NCBI GenBank assembly: GCA_001275005.1
Contig: JWZX01003268.1
Location: forward strand, 1-40,211
DNA: 40,211 nt
Direction: 5' to 3'
DNA from: Chrysochromulina tobinii
Lineage: Eukaryota
Below, piece after piece: positions 38,325 to 40,211 of the stretch. Every line of letters starts with the position of its first letter. Within the stretch, counting starts at the first letter, position 1. A program made the translations under genes and the position numbers. The notes beneath the pieces were generated by a model, which saw only the letters and a program-made list of their open reading frames with translations, was not told where the DNA came from and did no database searches.

Positions 38325-39089
38325 TTACTTGGAGATCTGGCCAGCAATCGAGTCGAGGTCACGCTGCCCCTGCGCCGTGATGCGGCGGCCCTTCGCGTTC
38401 GGCACCTTCTCCACAATCTTCAGCTTCTCGAGCTGCGAGGACGAGAGGGGGGTGGGGACAAGCCAGCGGTCAGAGGTGCCAAGGGTGGTGTGCAGCGGCG
38501 TGCACGCAGGCGCAGATCAGGGCCGGCCGAACGAAGCCCACGAGCGCGCCGGATCTTCCAGAAACGTTGGTGTAGCACCGTCGCCGCCGCGGGGGGGGGT
38601 AGACGTAGGACAACACGCCAGGAAAGACCCCCCGGGGGCATGGGGGGCGTGCCCACGAGCCCGAAGGTGGTGCCGGCCGGGACGCTCATGGCGGGGCACG
38701 GGGCCCTCCTCGCCGCGGCGCGCAACCGGCGCGCTGTCGGCGGGCAATGGCGAGCAGCGCACCTCCTTGAGGATGTGGCGGGCGATGGAGCCCGAGCTAG
38801 ACTGGAAACGCTCCGGAATGGTGCCGCGCATGCGGCGGCCGCCAAAGATGCGCTTGAACGCGCCAACGCCGATGCCATTTCGCAGGTACACGCGGCGCGC
38901 GATGGCAGCGGCACGGATGTAGTACCAATCTGGGTCGTACGGAGCGAGCTCCTTGTGCACCGAGGTCTTGACGAGATCCGCCCACTTGGGGACCTCGATC
39001 TTGCCGATACGCTTCAGGTGAGCAGCGTACGCGATCACGAAGTCGTGCGACGAGACGTCCTTGACTGTCACTCCTCCCGCCTCGGGCAT
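38325..39089 (-). CDS. RPS19: 40S ribosomal protein eS19; exons 39089-38763 and 38432-38325 (144 aa)
   Basis: 'VTVKDV', '[22 protein letters not shown]'. A 330-nt gtgcgc...ctcgcag intron joins ILKE to LEKLKIVEK...[16 protein letters not shown]. Confidence 0.97.
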
Positions 39090-39317
39090 GCTGCAAATGC
39101 TGGAGTGCAGAAGGCAAGGCCACGCGACCCAATCGGCCCCTCTTTTTCCAATGAAAATGCCGTGAACCGAAATTCATGGGTCGCCGCACTCTCTCTTTTT
39201 CTAACTATTTCTCAGCTCTCCGTCTGCATGTGTCTCATTTCGGTAGTTTTGTTGAAGTTCCGTGTAGGTGTGAATTCATGTCAACCCGCGAAGGTCGAGT
39301 GCGCGCCCGGGTCGATC

Positions 39318-39884
39318 ATGTCGGCTGCTGCTGCCGAGCCTCCCGTTGCTGCCGGCGCTGCTGCCTCCTCGGGTGGTGCGAGCGGCCAGAAGCGTGCCCG
39401 CAAGGACATTGAGGAGGTACCGACCGCGCCTGTGCCCGACGTGCTCGCACTGCCGTTGGCTCCGATCATGCGCATTATTCGGTCAAAGCTGCCAGATGGC
39501 GTCATGGTCGGCACGGAGACGAAGAAGGCGTTCGGCAAGGCCTGCTCGCTCTTTATCCTCTACCTCACCACGATTGCCTCCGACATCGCAAAAGAGAACA
39601 GCCGCAGCACGGTGACTGGGGCCGACGTCCTCGCAGCGCTGCGTGACCTCGAGTTCGACGACCTGATCCCGTCGGTCGAGTCATCGATCGCCGCCTTCCG
39701 CGAAGGTGAGAAGGCGCGCTCAATTGAACAGGCGGCTAAGAAGGCCGTCAAGGGCCCACAGCAGGCGGCCGAGGACGCGGCCAAGGATGATGCGCACATG
39801 AAGGAGGATGACGAGGAGGCAGACCTGGCGGCGGATGAGGATGACGAGGAGCAGCAAGAAGAGGACGAGGACGAGAAGGAGTAA
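39318..39884 (+). CDS. POLE3: H2B-like histone-fold protein, DNA polymerase epsilon subunit 3 / CHRAC17 (DPB4)
   Basis: 'LALPLAPIMRIIRSKLPDGV...FGKACSLFILYLT...RSTVTGADVLAALRDLEF' followed by an acidic tail. Confidence 0.8.
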   Translation: MSAAAAEPPVAAGAAASSGGASGQKRARKDIEEVPTAPVPDVLALPLAPIMRIIRSKLPDGVMVGTETKKAFGKACSLFILYLTTIASDIAKENSRSTVTGADVLAALRDLEFDDLIPSVESSIAAFREGEKARSIEQAAKKAVKGPQQAAEDAAKDDAHMKEDDEEADLAADEDDEEQQEEDEDEKE

Positions 39885-40211
39885 CGAGCACTTACGGCCT
39901 TGCATCAGACGGCTGCCGCAGATGCAAGTTTCTATCGTTAGGGTCTCGTGCCTCTCTGAGCGTGAGGGAGAGTCAGAGAGAGAAGACCGTCACCGACGCG
40001 TGCCCGCGGTCGTCGCCGCCGGGCGAGACGGACGGAGACGGTGAGCGCGCGTATGTACGCGCAGTCACGCGTCCTTGAACAATGGTCTGACAAGTGGCGC
40101 GCGCTGTACGTTAAGGATAGAAAAGGGGCCAACTGAGCAGTAAAGTGGGGGAATCTAGCAAGATTCCTGACATGTCCGGATTTCCGAGACCCTCCTTGGT
40201 GTCCGGGAGGG

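Noticed and set aside
38022..39317. 620-aa ORF suggesting a long N-terminal fusion to the histone-fold protein
   Set aside because: The upstream part is the antisense of RPS19 and its intron; the credible start is ATG 39318.

Overview
This is a gene-dense, GC-rich eukaryotic nuclear segment, not prokaryotic: it has GT-AG introns, SPT6, RPS19, kinesin-2 and a Pol III subunit. Signal-peptide-type leaders on ArgJ, a TyrP-like permease and a methyltransferase suggest an alga with a complex red-derived plastid, probably a haptophyte (inference, not a database result). About 19 mostly intronless protein genes are supported. In order: IPT/TIG-ankyrin putative transcription factor (5'-truncated), mS41/Fyv4, RPC11, fucosyltransferase-like GT, secreted His-brace LPMO, SPT6, unknown repeat protein, double-hotdog thioesterase, TyrP-like permease, ArgJ, WASP-like actin regulator, COG2521-type methyltransferase, small membrane protein, TOG-domain protein, bacterial-type methyltransferase, 4-exon CELF/FCA-like RRM protein, KdsB, kinesin-2, RPS19 and POLE3/DPB4. 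There is also a frameshifted GNAT gene and a probable decayed pseudogene. The most notable items are the divergent LPMO with an unrecognised Cys-rich C-terminal module; a 1.6-kb structured non-coding island (17.0-18.6 kb) holding a (TTGAC)7 array, a 40-bp hairpin and a speculative telomerase-RNA-like motif; a WH1-less WASP-like protein; an NF-kB/Mga2-like domain architecture; and a degenerate tandem copy of the RPC11 3' end. All family calls come from motif recognition by eye; no searches were run.
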